Shown: in pieces, positions 13,076-27,680 of the stretch | Layout: every line of letters starts with the position of its first letter | Position numbering within the stretch: position 1 is the first letter of the stretch | Origin: Eledone cirrhosa | Lineage: Eukaryota | Length of the DNA stretch: 64,000 nucleotides | NCBI GenBank assembly: GCA_964016885.1 | Contig: OZ024743.1 | Span: 205,902,001 to 205,966,000 of the forward strand | Direction: 5' to 3' | Notes under the pieces: generated by a model | Database searches by the model: none | Told to the model about the DNA's origin: nothing | What the model saw: only the letters and a program-made list of their open reading frames with translations | Made by a program: the position numbers and the translations under genes

Positions 13076-16000
13076 TTATCTCCCCTTGAACGGCTGGAAA
13101 TTATCTCCCCTTGGACGGCTGGAAATTATCTCCCCTTGGACGGCTGGAAATTATCTCCCCTTGGACGGCTAGAAATTACCTCTCCTTGGACGGCTGGAAA
13201 TTATCTCCCCTTGGACGGCTGGAAATTATCTCCCCTTGGACGGCTGGAAATTATTTCCCCTTGATTTTTTTTACAAATCATCTCCCCCTGATTTTTTTTA
13301 CAAATCTCCCCCTAATTTTAAAAAAAATTATCTCCCCTTCGCTGGCTGGAAATTATCTCCCTTTGGACGGCTGGAAATTATAGCTGCTTGTAGTGCTGGA
13401 AATTATCTCCCCTTGGACGGCTGGAAATTATCTCCCCTTGATTTTTTTTTACTAATTATCTCCCCCTGATTTTTTTTTACAAATATCTCCCCTTGGCTGC
13501 CTGGAAATTATCTCCCCTTGGCAGACTGGAAATGATCTCCCCTTGGACGGCTGGAAATTATCTCCCCTTGATTTTGTATACAAATTATCTCCCCCTGATT
13601 TTTTTTTACAAATTATCTGCCCCTGATTATTTTTTTACAAATTAGCTCCGCCTGATTTTTTTTAAAAATTATCTCCCCTTGGACGGCTGGAAATTATCTC
13701 CCCTTGGACGGCTGGAAATTATCTCCCCTTGAACGGCTAGAAATTACCTCTCCTTGGACGGCTGAAAATTATCTCCCCTTGGACGGCTGGAAATTATCGC
13801 CCCCTGATTTTTTTTAACAATTTATCTCCACCTGATTTTTTTTACAAATCATCTCCGCCTGATTTTTTTAAGAAATTATCTCCCTTGGCTTGCTGGAAAT
13901 TATCTCCCCTTGGACGGCTATAAATTATCTCTCCTTCGACGGCTGGAAATTATTTCCCCTTGATTTTTTTTACAAATTATCTCCCCCTGATTTTTTTTAC
14001 AAATCTCCCCCTAATTTAAAAATAAATTATCTCCCCTTCGCTGGCTGGAAATTATCTCCCTTTGGACGGCTGGAAATTATAGCTGCTTGTAGGGCTGGAA
14101 ATTATCTCCTCTTGGACGGCTGGAAATTATCTCCCCTTGATTTTTTTTACTAATTATCTCCCCCTGATTTTTTTTACAAATTATCTCCGCCTGATTTTTT
14201 TTTTAAAATTATCTCCCCTTGGCTGGATGGAAATTTTCTCCTCTTGGACGGCTGGAAATTATCTCCCCTTTATGTCTTCTACAAATTATCTACCCCTGAT
14301 TTTTTTTTTACAAATTATCTCTCCCTGATTTTTTTTACAAATATCTCCCCTTGGCTGGCTGGAAATTATCTCCCCTTGGCTGGCTGGAAATTATCTCCCC
14401 TTGGACGGCTGGAAATTATCTCCCCTTGGACGCCTAGAAATTACCTCTCCTTGGACAGCTGTAAATTATCTCCCCTTGGACGGCTGGAAATTCTCTCGCC
14501 TTCGACGGCTGGAAATTATCTCCCCTTGATTTTGTATACAAATTATCTCCCCCTGATTTTTTCTTACAAATTATCTGCGCCTGATTTTTTTTTTACAAAT
14601 TAGCTCCGCCTGATTTTTTAAAAAATTATCTCCCCTTGGACGGCTGGAAATTATCTCCCCTTGGACGGCTGGAAATTATCTCCCCTTGGACGGCTAGAAA
14701 TTATCTCTCTTTGGACGACTGGAAATTATCTCCCCTTGGACGGCTGCAAATTATCTCCCCTTGATTTTTTTTACAAATTATCTCCCCCTGATTTTTTTAA
14801 CAAATTATCTCCCCCTGATTTTTTTTTACAAATTATCTACCCCTGATTTTTTTACAAATTATCTCCCTGATTTTTTTTTACAAATTATCTCCCCCTGATT
14901 TTTTTTACAAATTATCTCCGCCTGATTTTTTTTTACAAATTATCTCCCCCTGATTTTTTTACAAATTATCTCCCCCTGATTTTTTTTACAATCTCCGCCT
15001 GATTTTTTTAAAAATTATCTTCCCTTGGCTGGCGGGAAATTATCTCCCCTTGGACGGCTGGAAATTATCTTCCCTTGCACGGCTGGAAATTATCTCCCCT
15101 TGGACAGCTGGAAATTATCTGCCCTTGATTTTGTTTTTACAAATTATCTCCCCCTGATTTTTTTTACAAATTATCTCCACCTGATTTTTTAAAAAATTAT
15201 CTCCCCTTGGACGGCTGGAAATTATCTCCCCTTGGCTGGAAATTATCTCCCTTTGGACGGCTAGAAATTATCTCTCTTTGGACGGCTGGAAATAATCTCC
15301 CTTTGATTTTTTTTACAATTTATCTCCCTCTGATTTTTTTTACAAATCTCCCCCTGATTTTTTTAAAAAAATTATCTCCCCTTCGCTGGCTGGAAATTAT
15401 CTCCCCTTGGACACTTGAAATTAAATCCCCTTGGAGGGCTGGAAATTATCTTCCCTTGGACGGCTGGAAATTATCTCCCCTTGATTTTTTTTACAAATTA
15501 TCTCCCCCTGATTTTTTTTACAAATTATCTGCCCCTGATTTTTTTTTACAAATTATCTCCGCCTGATTTTTTTTAAAATTATCTCTCCTTAGACGGCTGG
15601 AAATTATCTCCCCTTGATTTTTTTTTACAAATTATCTCCCCCTGATTTTTTTTTACAAATTATCTACCCCTGATTTTTTTTTACAAATTATCTCCCCCTG
15701 ATTTTTTTTACAAATTATCTTCCCCTGATTTTTTTTTTACAAATTATCTCCCCCTGATTTTTTTACAAATGATCTCTCCCTGATTTTTTTTTCAAATTAT
15801 CTCCGCCTGATTTTTTTAAATATTATCTTCCCTTGGCTGGCGGGAAATTATCTCCCCTTGGACGGCTGGAAATTATCTCCCCTTGGAAGGATGGAAATTA
15901 TCTCCCCTTGGACGGCTGGAAATTATCTCCCCTTGCACTGCTGGAAATTATCTCCCCTTGGACGGCTGGAAATTATCTCCCCTTGGCTGGAAATTATCTC

Positions 16001-18349
16001 CCCTTGGAAGGCTAGAAATTATCTCTCTTTGGACGGCTGGAAATTATCTCCCCTTGATTTTTTTACAAATTATCTCCCCCTGATTTTTTTTACAAATCTC
16101 CCAGTGTTTTCTTTTTAAAATTATCTCCCCTTCGCTGGCTGGAAATTATCTCCCCTTGGACGCTGGAAATTATAGCCCCTTGGAGGGCTGGAAATTATCT
16201 TCCCTTGGACGGCTGGAAATTATCTCCCCTTGGACGGCTGGAAATTATATCCCCTTGGACGGTTGGAAATTATCTCTCCTTGGACGGCTAGAAATTACCT
16301 CTCCTTGGACGGCTGAAAATTATCTCCCCTTTGACGGCTGGAAATTATCTCCCCTTGATTTTTTTTACAAATTATCTCCCCCTGATTTTTTTTTACAAAT
16401 TATCTCCCCCTGATTTTTTTTACAAATTATCTCCCCCTGATTTTTTTTTACAAATTATCTCCCCCTGACTTTTTTTACAAATTATATCCCATTGGCTGGC
16501 TGGAAATTATCTCCCCTTGGAGGCTGGAATTTATCTCCCCTTAGACGGCTAGAAATTACCTCTCCTTGGACGGCTGGAAATTATGTCTCCTTGGACGGCT
16601 GGAAATTATCTCCCCTTGGACGGCTGGAAATTATCTCCCCTTGGACGGCTGGAAATTATCTCCCCTTGGACGGCTAGATATTACCTCTCCTTGGACGGCT
16701 GGAAATTATCTGCCCTTGGACGGCTGGAAATTATCTCCCCTTGGACGGCTGGAAATTATTTCCCCTTGATTTTTTTTACAAATTATCTCCCCCTGATTTT
16801 TTTTTACAAATCTCCACCTAATTAAAAAAAAAATTATCTCCCCTTCGCTGGCTGGAAATTATCTTCCTTTGGACGGCTGGAAATTATAGCCGCTTGTAGG
16901 GCTGGAAATTATCTCCCCTTGGACGGCTGGAAATTATCTCCCCTTGATTTTTTTTACTAAGTATCTCACCCTGATTTTTTTTTACAAATTATCTCCGCCT
17001 GATTTTTAAAAAAAAATTATCTCCCCTTGGCTGGATGGAAATTATCTCCCCTTGGACGGCTGGAAATTATCTTCCCTTGATTTCTTCTACAAATTATCTA
17101 CCCCTGATTTTTTTTTTACAAATTATCTCTCCCTGATTTTTTTTACAAATATCTCTCCTTGGCTGGCTGGAAATTATCTCCCCTTGGCTGGCTGGAAATT
17201 ATCTCCCCCTGATATTTTTTTACAAATTAGCTCCCCCTGATTTTTTTTACAAATTATCTCCCCCTGATTTTTTTCACAAATTATCTCCCCCTGATTTTTT
17301 TTACAAATTATCTCCCCTGATTTAAAAAAAAAAATTATCTCCCCTTGGACGGCTGGAAATTATCTCCCCTTGGACGGCTGGAAATTATCGCCCCCTGATT
17401 TTTTTTTTACAAATTATCTCCACCTGATTTTTTTTACATATCATCTCAGCCTGATTTTTTTTAAATATTATCTCCCTTGGCTTGCTGGAAATTATCTCCC
17501 CTTGGACGGCTATAAATTATCTCTCCTTCGACGGTTGGAAATTATCTCCCCTTGATTTTTTTACAAATTATCTCCCCCTGATTTTTTTTTACCAATCAAC
17601 CCCTGATTTAAAAACAAAAATTATCTCCCCTTCGCTGGCTGGAAATTATCTCCCCTTGGACGGCTGGAAATTATCTCCCCTTGATTTTTTTTACAAATTA
17701 TCTACCCCTGATTTTTTACAAATTATCTCCCCCTGATTTTTTTTACAAATTATCTCCCCCTGATTTTTTTTTTTTACAAATTATCTCCGCCTGATTTTTT
17801 TAAAATTATCTCCCCTTGGCTGGATGGAAATTATCTCCCCTTGGACGGCTGGAAATTATCTCCCCTTGGAAGGATGGAAATTATCTCCCCTTGGACGGCT
17901 GGAAATTATCTCCCCTTGCACGGCTGGAAATTATCTCCCCTTGGACGGCTAGAAATTACCTCTCCTTGGACGGCTGAAAATTATCTCCCCTTGGACGGCT
18001 GGAAATTATGTCCACCTGATTTTTTTTACAAATCATCTCCGCCTGATTTTTTTAAAAACTTATCTCCCTTGGCTTGCTGGAAATTATCTCCCCTTGGACG
18101 GCTATAAATTATCTCTCCTTCGACGGCTGGAAATTATCTCCCCTTGATTTTTTTACAAATTATCTCCCCCTGATTTTTTTTTACCAATCTACCCCTGATT
18201 TTAAAAAAAAATTATCTCTCCTTCGCTGGCTGGAAATTATCTCCCCTTAGACGGCTGGAAATTATCTCCCCTTGATTTTTTTTACAAATTATCTACCCCT
18301 GATTTTTTTACAAATTATCTCCCCCTGATCTTTTTTTACAAATTATCTC

Positions 18350-21300
18350 CCCTTGATTTTTTTTTTTTACAAATTATCTCCGCCTGATTTTTTTAAAATT
18401 ATCTCCCCTTGGCTGGATGGAAATTATCTCCCCTTGGACGGCTGGAAATTATCTCCCCTTGCACGGCTGGAAATTATCTTCCCTTGGACGGCTAGAAATT
18501 ACCTCTCCTTGGACGGCTGAAAATTATCTCCCCTTGGACGGCTGGAAATTATCTCCCCCTGATTTTTTTTACAAATTATCTCCCCTTGCACGGCTGGAAA
18601 TTATCTCCCCTTGGACGGCTGGAAATTATCTGCCCTTGATTTTGTTTTTACAAATTATCTCCCCCTGATTTTTTTTACAAATTATCTCCACCTGATATTT
18701 AAACAAATTATCTCCTCTTGGACGGCTGGAAATCATCTCCCCTTGGCTGGAAATTATCTCCCCTTGGACGGCTAGAAATTATCTCTCTTTGGACGGCTGG
18801 AAATTATCTCCCCTTGATTCTTTTTACAAATTATCTCCCCCTGATTTTTTTTACAAATCTCCCAGTGATTTTTAAAAAAAAATTATCTCCCCTTCGCTGG
18901 CTGGAAATTATCTCCCCTTGGACGCTGGAAATTATAGCCCCTTGGAGGCTGGAAATTATCTTCCCTTGGACGGCTGGAAATTATCTCCTCTTGATTTTTT
19001 TTACAAATTATCTCCCCCTGATTTTTTTTTACAAATTATCTCCCCCTGATTTTTTTTTTACAAATTATCTCCGCCTGATTTTTAAAAAAAAATTATCACC
19101 CCTTGGACGGCTGGAAATTATCTCCCCTTGGACTGCTGGAAATGATCTCCCCTTGGACGGCTAGAAATTACCTCTCCTTGGACGGCTGAAAATTATCTCC
19201 CCTTGATTTTTTTTACGAATTATCTCCCCCTGATTTTTTTTTTTACAAATTATCTCCCCCTGATTTTATTTTACATATTATCTACCCCTGATTTCTATTT
19301 ACAAATTATCTCCCCCTGATTTTTTTTACAAATTATCTCCCCCTGATTTTTTTTTTACAAATTATCTGCCCCTGATTTTTTTACAAATTATCTCCCCCTG
19401 ATTTATTTTACAAATTATCTCCGCCTGATTTTTTTAAATATTATCTTCCCTTGGCTGGCGGGAAATTATCTCCCCTTGGACGGCTGGAAACTATCTCCCC
19501 TTGGACAGCTGGAAATTATCTGCCCTTGATTTTGTTTTTACAAATTATCTCCCCCTGATTTTTTTTACAAATTATCTCCACCTGATTTTTTAAAAAATTA
19601 TCTCCCCTTGGACGGCTGGAAATTATCTCCCCTTGGCTGGAAATTATCTCCCCTTGGACGGCTAGAAATTATCTCTCTTTGGACGGCTGGAAATTATCTC
19701 CCTTTGATTTTTTTTACAAATTATCTCCCTCTGATTTTTTTTACAAATCTCCCCTTGATTTTTTAAAAAAATTATCTCCCCTTCGCTGGCTGGAAATTAT
19801 CTCCCCTTGGACACTGGAAATTATAGACCCTTGGAGGGCTGGAAATTATCTTCCCTTGGACGGCTGGAAATTATCTCCTCTTGATTTTTTTTACAAATTA
19901 TCTCCCCCAGATTTTTTTTTACAAATTATCCTCGCCTGATTTTTTTTTTAAAATTATCTCCCCTTGGCTGGATGGAAATTTTCTCCCCTTGGACGGCTGG
20001 AAATTATCTCCCCTTTATGTCTTCTACAAATTATCTGGCCCTGATTTTTTTTTACAAATTATCTCTCCCTGATTTTTTTTACAAATATCTCCCCTTGGCT
20101 GGCTGGAAATTATCTCCCCTTCGCTGGCTGGAAATTATCTCCCCTTGGACGGCTGGAAATTATCTCCCCTTGGACGCCTAGAAATTACCTCTCCTTGGAC
20201 AGCTGTAAATTATCTCCCCTTGGACGGCTGGAAATTATCTCGCCTTGGACGGCTGGAAATTATCTCCCCTTGATTTTGTATACAAATTATCTCCCCCTGA
20301 TTTTTTTTTACAAATTATCTGCCCCTGATTATTTTTTTACAAATTAGCTCCGCCTGATTTTTTTTAAAAATTATCTCCCCTTGGACGGCTGGAAATTATC
20401 TCCCCTTGGACGGCTGGAAATTATCTCCCCTTGAACGGCTAGAAATTACCTCTCCTTGGACGGCTTAAAATTATCTCCCCTTGGACGGCTGGAAATTATC
20501 TCCCCTTGATTTTTTTACAAATTATCTCCCCCTGATTTTTTTTTACAAATTATCTCCCCCTGATTTTTTTTTACAAATTATCTACCCCTGATTTTTTTTT
20601 CCAAATTATCTCCCCCTGATTTTTTTTACAAATTATCTCCCCCTGATTTTTTTTTACAAATTATCTCCCGCTGATTTTTTTACAAATTATCTCCCCTTGG
20701 AGGCTGGAATTTATCTCCCCTTGGACGGCTGGAAATTATCTCCCCTTGGACGGCTAGAAATTACCTCTCCTTGGACGGCTGGAAATTATCTCCCCTTGAA
20801 CGGCTGGAAATTATCTCCCCTTGGACGGCTGGAAATTATCTCCCCTTGGACGGCTGGAAATTACCTCTCCTTGGACGGCTGGAAATTATCTCCCCTTGGA
20901 CGGCTGGAAATTATCTCCCCTTGGACGGCTGGAAATTATTTCCCCTTGATTTTTTTTACAAATTATCTCCCCCTGATTTTTTTTACAAATTATCTCCGCC
21001 TGATTTTTTTAAATATTATCTTCCCTTGGCTGGCGGGAAATTATCTCCCCTTGGACGCCTGGAAATTATCTCCCCTTGGAAGGATGGAAATTATCTCCCC
21101 TTGGACGGCTGGAAATTATCTCCCCTTGCACTGCTGGAAATTATCTCCCCTTGGACGGCTGGAAATTATCTGCCCTTGATTTTGTTTTTACAAATTATCT
21201 TCCCCTGATTTTTTTTACAAATTATCTCCACCTGATTTTTAAAAAAATTATCTCCCATTGGACGGCTGGAAATTATCTCCCCTTGGCTGGAAATTATCTC

Positions 21301-24300
21301 CCCTTTGACGGCTAGAAATTATCTCTCTTTGGACGGCTGGAAATTATCTCCCCTTGATTTTTTTAACAAATTATCTCCCCCTGATTTTTTTTACAAATCT
21401 CCCAGTGATTTTTTTAAAAAAATTATCTCCCCTTCGCTGGCTGGAAATTATCTGCCCTTGGACGCTGGAAATTATAGCCCCTTGGAGGGCTGGAAGTTAT
21501 CTTCCCTTGGAGGGCTGGAAATTATCTTCCCTTGGACGGCTGGAAATTATCTCCCCTTGATTATTTTTACAAATTATCTCCCCCTGATTTTTTTTTACAA
21601 ATTATCTCCCCCTGATTTTTTTTTTACAAATTATCTCCACCTGATTTTTTTAAAAATTATCTCCCCTTGGACGGCTGGAAATTATCTCCCCTTGGACGGC
21701 TAGAAATTACCTCTCCTTGGACGGCTGAAAATTATCTCCCCTTGGACGGCTGGAAATTATATCCCCTTGATTTTTTTTACAAATTATCTCCCCCTGATTT
21801 TTTTTTACAAATTATCTCCCCCTGATTTTTTTTACAAATTATCTCCCCCTGATTTTTTTTTACAAATTATCTCCTGATTTTTTTTACAAATTATCTCCCC
21901 TTGGCTGGCTGGAAATTATGTCCCCTTGGAGGCTGGAAATTATCTCCCCTTGGACGGCTAGAAATTACCTCTCCTTGGACGGCTGGAAATTATGTCTCCT
22001 TGGACGGCTGGAAATTATCTCCCCTTGGACGGCTGGAAATTATCTCCCCTTGGACGGCTGGAAATTATCTCCCCTTGGACGGCTAGATATTACCTCTCCT
22101 TGGACGGCTGGAAATTATCTGCCCTTCGACGGCTGGAAATTATCTCCCCTTGGACGGCTGGAAATTATTTCCCCTTGATTTTTTTTACAAATTATCTCCC
22201 CCTGATTTTTTTTACAAATCTCCCCCTAATTTAAAAAAAAATTATCTCCCCTTCGCTGGCTGGAAATTATCTTCCTTTGGACGGCTGGGAATTATCTCCC
22301 CTTGATTTTTTTACTAATTATCTCACCCTAATTTTTTTTTACAAATTATCTCCGCCTCATTTTAAAAAAAAAATGATCTCCCCTTGGCTGGATGGAAATT
22401 ATCTCCCCTTGGACGGCTGGAAATTATCTCCCCTTGATTTCTTCTACAAATTATCTACCCCTGATTTTTTTTTTACAAATTGTCTCTCCCTGATTTTTTT
22501 TTACAAATATCTCCCCTTGGCTGGCTGGAAATTATCTCCCCTTGGCTGGCTGGAAATTATCTCCCCCTGATATTTTTTTACAAATTAGCTCCCCCTGATT
22601 TTTTTTAACAAATTATCTCCCCCTGATTTTTTTTTTTACAAATTATCTCCGCCTGATTTTTTTAAAATTATCTCCCCTTGGCTGGATGGAAATTATCTCC
22701 CCTTGGACGGCTGGAAATTATCTCCCCTTGGAAGGATGGAAATTATCTCCCCTTGGACGGCTGGAAATTATCTCCCCTTGCACGGCTGGAAATTATCTCC
22801 CCTTGGACGGCTAGAAATTACCTCTCCTTGGACGGCTGAAAATTATCTCCTCTTGGACGGCTGGAAATTATCTCCCCCTGATTTTTTTTACAAATTATCT
22901 CCCCTTGCACGGCTGGAAATTATCTCCCCTTGGACGGCTGGAAATTATCTGCCCTTGATTTTGTTTTTACAAATTATCTCCCCCTGATTTTTTTTACAAA
23001 TTATCTCCACCTGATATTTAAAAAAATTATCTCCTCTTGGCCGGCTGGAAATTATCTCCCCTTGGCTGGAAATTATCTCCCCTTGGACGGCTAGAAATTA
23101 TCTCTCTTTGGACGGCTGGAAATTATCTCCCCTTGATTCTTTTTACAAATTATCTCCCCCTGATTTTTTTTACAAATCTCCCAGTGATTTTTAAAAAAAA
23201 ATTATCTCCCCTTCGCTGGCTGGAAATTATCTCCCCTTGGACGCTGGAAATTATAGCCCCTTGGAGGCTGGAAATTATCTTCCCTTGGACGGCTGGAAAT
23301 TATCTCCACTTGATTTTTTTTACAAATTATCTCCCCCTGATTTTTTTTTACAAATTATCTCCCCCTGATTTTTTTTTTACAAATTATCTCCGCCTGATTT
23401 TTTAAAAAAAATTATCACCCCTTGGACGGCTGGAAATGATCTCCCCTTGGACGGCTGGAAATGATCTCCCCTTGGACGGCTAGAAATTACCTCTCCTTGG
23501 ACGGCTGAAAATTATCTCCCCTTGATTTTTTTTACGAATTATCTCCCCCTGATTTTTTTTTTACAAATTATCTCCCCCTGATTTTATTTTACATATTATC
23601 TACCCCTGATTTTTATTTACAAATTATCTCCCCCTGATTTTTTTTACAAATTATCTCCCCCTGATTTTTTTTTTACAAATTATCTGCCCCTGATTTTTTT
23701 ACAAATTATCTCCCCCTGATTTATTTTACAAATTATCTCCGCCTGATTTTTTTAAATATTATCTTCCCTTGGCTGGCGGGAAATTATCTCCCCTTGGACG
23801 GCTGGAAACTATCTCCCCTTGGACAGCTGGAAATTATCTGCCCTTGATTTTGTTTTTACAAATTATCTCCCCCTGATTTTTTTTACAAATTATCTCCACC
23901 TGATTTTTTAAAAAATTATCTCCCCTTGGACGGCTGGAAATTATCTCCCCTTGGCTGGAAATTATCTCCCCTTGGACGGCTAGAAATTATCTCTCTTTGG
24001 ACGGCTGGGAATTATCTCCCTTTGATTTTTTTTACAAATTATCTCCCTCTGATTTTTTTTACAAATCTCCCCTTGATTTTTTAAAAAAATTATCATCCCT
24101 TCGCTGGCTGGAAATTATCTCCCCTTGGACACTGGAAATTATAGACCCTTGGAGGGCTGGAAATTATCTTCCCTTGGACGGCTGGAAATTATCTCCTCTT
24201 GATTTTTTTTACAAATTATCTCCCCCTGATTTTTTTTTACAAATTATCTCCGCCTGATTTTTTTTAAAAAATTATCTCCCCTTGGCTGGATGGAAATTTT

Positions 24301-27300
24301 CTCCCCTTGGACGGCTGGAAATTATCTCCCCTTTATGTCTTCTACAAATTATCTGGCCCTGATTTTTTTTTACAAATTATCTCTCCCTGATTTTTTTTAC
24401 AAATATCTCCCCTTGGCTGGCTGGAAATTATCTCCCCTTCGCTGGCTGGAAATTATCTCCCATTGGACGGCTGGAAATTATCTCCCCTTGGACGCCTAGA
24501 AATTACCTCTCCTTGGACAGCTGTAAATTATCTCCCCTTGGACGGCTGGAAATTATCTCCCCTTGATTTTTTTACAAATTACCTCCCCCTGATTTTTTTT
24601 TACAAATTATCTCCCCCTGATTTTTTTTTACAAATTATCTGCCCCTGATTATTTTTTTACAAATTAGCTCCGCCTGATTTTTTTTAAAAATTATCTCCCC
24701 TTGGACGGCTGGAAATTATCTCCCCTTGGACGGCTGGAAATTATCTCCCCTTGAACGGCTAGAAATTACCTCTCCTTGGACGGCTTAAAATTATCTCCCC
24801 TTGGACGGCTGGAAATTATCTCCCCTTGATTTTTTTACAAATTACCTCCCCCTGATTTTTTTTTACAAATTATCTCCCCCTGATTTTTTTTTACAAATTA
24901 TCTACCCCTGATTTTTTTTTCCAAATTATCTCCCCCTGATTTTTTTTTACAAATTATCTCCCCCTGATTTTTTTTTACAAATTATCTCCCCCTGATTTTT
25001 TTACAAATTATCTCCCCTTGGCTGGCTGGAAATTATCTCCCCTTGGAGGCTGGAATTTATCTCCCCTTGGACGGCTGGAAATTATCTCCCCTTGGACGGC
25101 TAGAAATTACCTCTCCTTGGACGGCTGGAAATTATCTCCCCTTGAACGGCTGGAAATTATCTCCCCTTGGACGGCTGGAAATTATCTCCCCTTGGACGGC
25201 TGGAAATTACCTGTCCTTGGACGGCTGGAAATTATCTCCCCTTGGACGGCTGGAAATTATCTCCCCTTGGACGGCTGGAAATTATTTCCCCTTGATTTTT
25301 TTTACAAATTATCTCCCGCTGATTTTTTTTACAAATTATCTCCGCCTGATTTTTTAAAATATTATCTTCCCTTGGCTGGCGGGAAATTATCTCCCCTTGG
25401 ACGCCTGGAAATTATCTCCCCTTGGAAGGATGGAAATTATCTCCCCTTGGACGGCTGGAAATTATCTCCCCTTGCACTGCTGGAAATTATCTCCCCTTGG
25501 ACGGCTGGAAATTATCTGCCCTTGATTTTGTTTTTACAAATTATCTTCCCCTGATTTTTTTTACAAATTATCTCCACCTGATTTTTTTAAAAATTATCTC
25601 CCCTTGGACGGCTGGAAATTATCTCCCCTTGGCTGGAAATTATCTCCCCTTGGACGGCTAGAAATTATCTCTCTTTGGACGGCTGGAAATTATCTCCCCT
25701 TGATTCTTTTTACAAATTATCTCCCCCTGATTTTTTTTACAAATCTCCCAGTGATTTTTAAAAAAAAATTATCTCCCCTTCGCTGGCTGGAAATTATCTC
25801 CCCTTGGACGCTGGAAATTATAGCCCCTTGGAGGGCTGGAAGTTATCTTCCCTTGGAGGGCTGGAAATTATCTTCCCTTGGACGGCTGGAAATTATCTCC
25901 CCTTGATTTTTTTTACAAATTATCTCCCCCTGATTTTTTTTTACAAATTATCTCCCCCTGATTTTTTTTTTACAAATTAACTCCACCTGATTTTTTTTTA
26001 AATTATCTCCCCTTGGACGGCTGGAAATTATCTCCCCTTGGACGGCTGGAAATTATCTCCCCTTGGACGGCTAGAAATTACCTCTCCTTGGACGGCTGAA
26101 AATTATCTCCCCTTGGACGGCTGGAAATTATCTCCCCTTGGACGGCTAGATATTACCTCTCCTTGGACGGCTGGAAATTATCTGCCCTTGGACGGCTGGA
26201 AATTATCTCCCCTTGGACGGCTGGAAATTATTTCCCCTTGATTTTTTTTACAAATTATCTCCCCCTGATTTTTTTTACAAATCTCCCCCTAATTTAAAAA
26301 AAAATTATCTCCCCTTCGCTGGCTGGAAATTATCTTCCTTTGGACGGCTGGAAATTATAGCCGCTTGTAGGGCTGGAAATTACTCCCCTTGGACGGCTGG
26401 GAATTATCTCCCCTTGATTTTTTTACTAATTATCTCACCCTGATTTTTTTTTACAAATTATCTCCGCCTCATTTTTTAAAAAAAATTATCTCCCCTTGGC
26501 TGGATGGAAATTATCTCCCCTTGGACGGCTGGAAATTATCTCCCCTTGATTTCTTCTACAAATTATCTACCCCTGATTTTTTTTTTACAAATTGTCTCTC
26601 CCTGATTTTTTTTTACAAATATCTCCCCTTGGCTGGCTGGAAATTATCTCCCCTTGGCTGGCTGGAAATTATCTCCCCTTGGCTGGCTGGAAATTATCTC
26701 CCCCTGATATTTTTTTACAAATTAGCTCCCCCTGATTTTTTTTTACAAATTATCTCCCCCTGATTTTTTTTTTTACAAATTATCTCCGCCTGATTTTTTT
26801 AAAATTATCTCCCCTTGGCTGGATGGAAATTATCTCCCCTTGGACGTCTGGAAATTATCTCCCCTTGGAAGGATGGAAATTATCTCCCCTTGGACGGCTG
26901 GATATTATCTCCCCTTGCACGGCTGGAAATTATCTCCCCTTGGACGGCTAGAAATTACCTCTCCTTGGACGGCTGAAAATTATCTCCCCTTGGACGGCTG
27001 GAAATTATCTCCCCCTGATTTTTTTTTTTACAAATTATCTCCCCCTGATTTTATTTTACATATTATCTACCCCTGATTTTTTTTACAAATTATCTCCCCC
27101 TGATTTTTTTTTTACAAATTATCTGCCCCTGATTTTTTTACAAATTATCTCCCCCTGATTTATTTTACAAATTATCTCCGCCTGATTTTTTTAAATATTA
27201 TCTTCCCTTGGCTGGCGGGAAATTATCTCCCCTTGGACGGCTGGAAACTATCTCCCCTTGGACAGCTGGAAATTATATGCCCTTGATTTTGTTTTTACAA

Positions 27301-27680
27301 ATTATCTCCCCCTGATTTTTTTTACAAATTATCTCCACCTGATTTTTTAAAAAATTATCTCCCCTTGGACGGCTGGAAATTATCTCCCCTTGGCTGGAAA
27401 TTATCTCCCCTTGGACGGCTAGAAATTATCTCTCTTTGGACGGCTGGAAATTATCTCCCTTTGATTTTTTTTACAAATTATCTCCCTCTGATTTTTTTTA
27501 CAAATCTCCCCTTGATTTTTTTAAAAAATTATCTCCCCTTCGCTGGCTGGAAATTATCTCCCCTTGGACACTGGAAATTATAGACCCTTGGAGGGCTGGA
27601 AATTATCTTCCCTTGGACGGCTGGAAATTATCTCCTCTTGATTTTTTTTACAAATTATCTCCCCCTGATTTTTTTTTACA
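18350..27680 (+). repeat. ~4.1-4.3 kb higher-order repeat: two full copies (~18350-22620, ~22620-26760) plus an internally deleted partial third copy
   Basis: ORF offsets are 18718/23037 (4319), 19679/23997 (4318), 19972/24290 (4318), 21076/25422 (4346) and 22703/26840 (4137). The markers ggaaactatc and ggacactggaaattatagaccc occur at ~19.5-19.8k, ~23.8-24.1k and ~27.2-27.6k. Confidence 0.88.
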
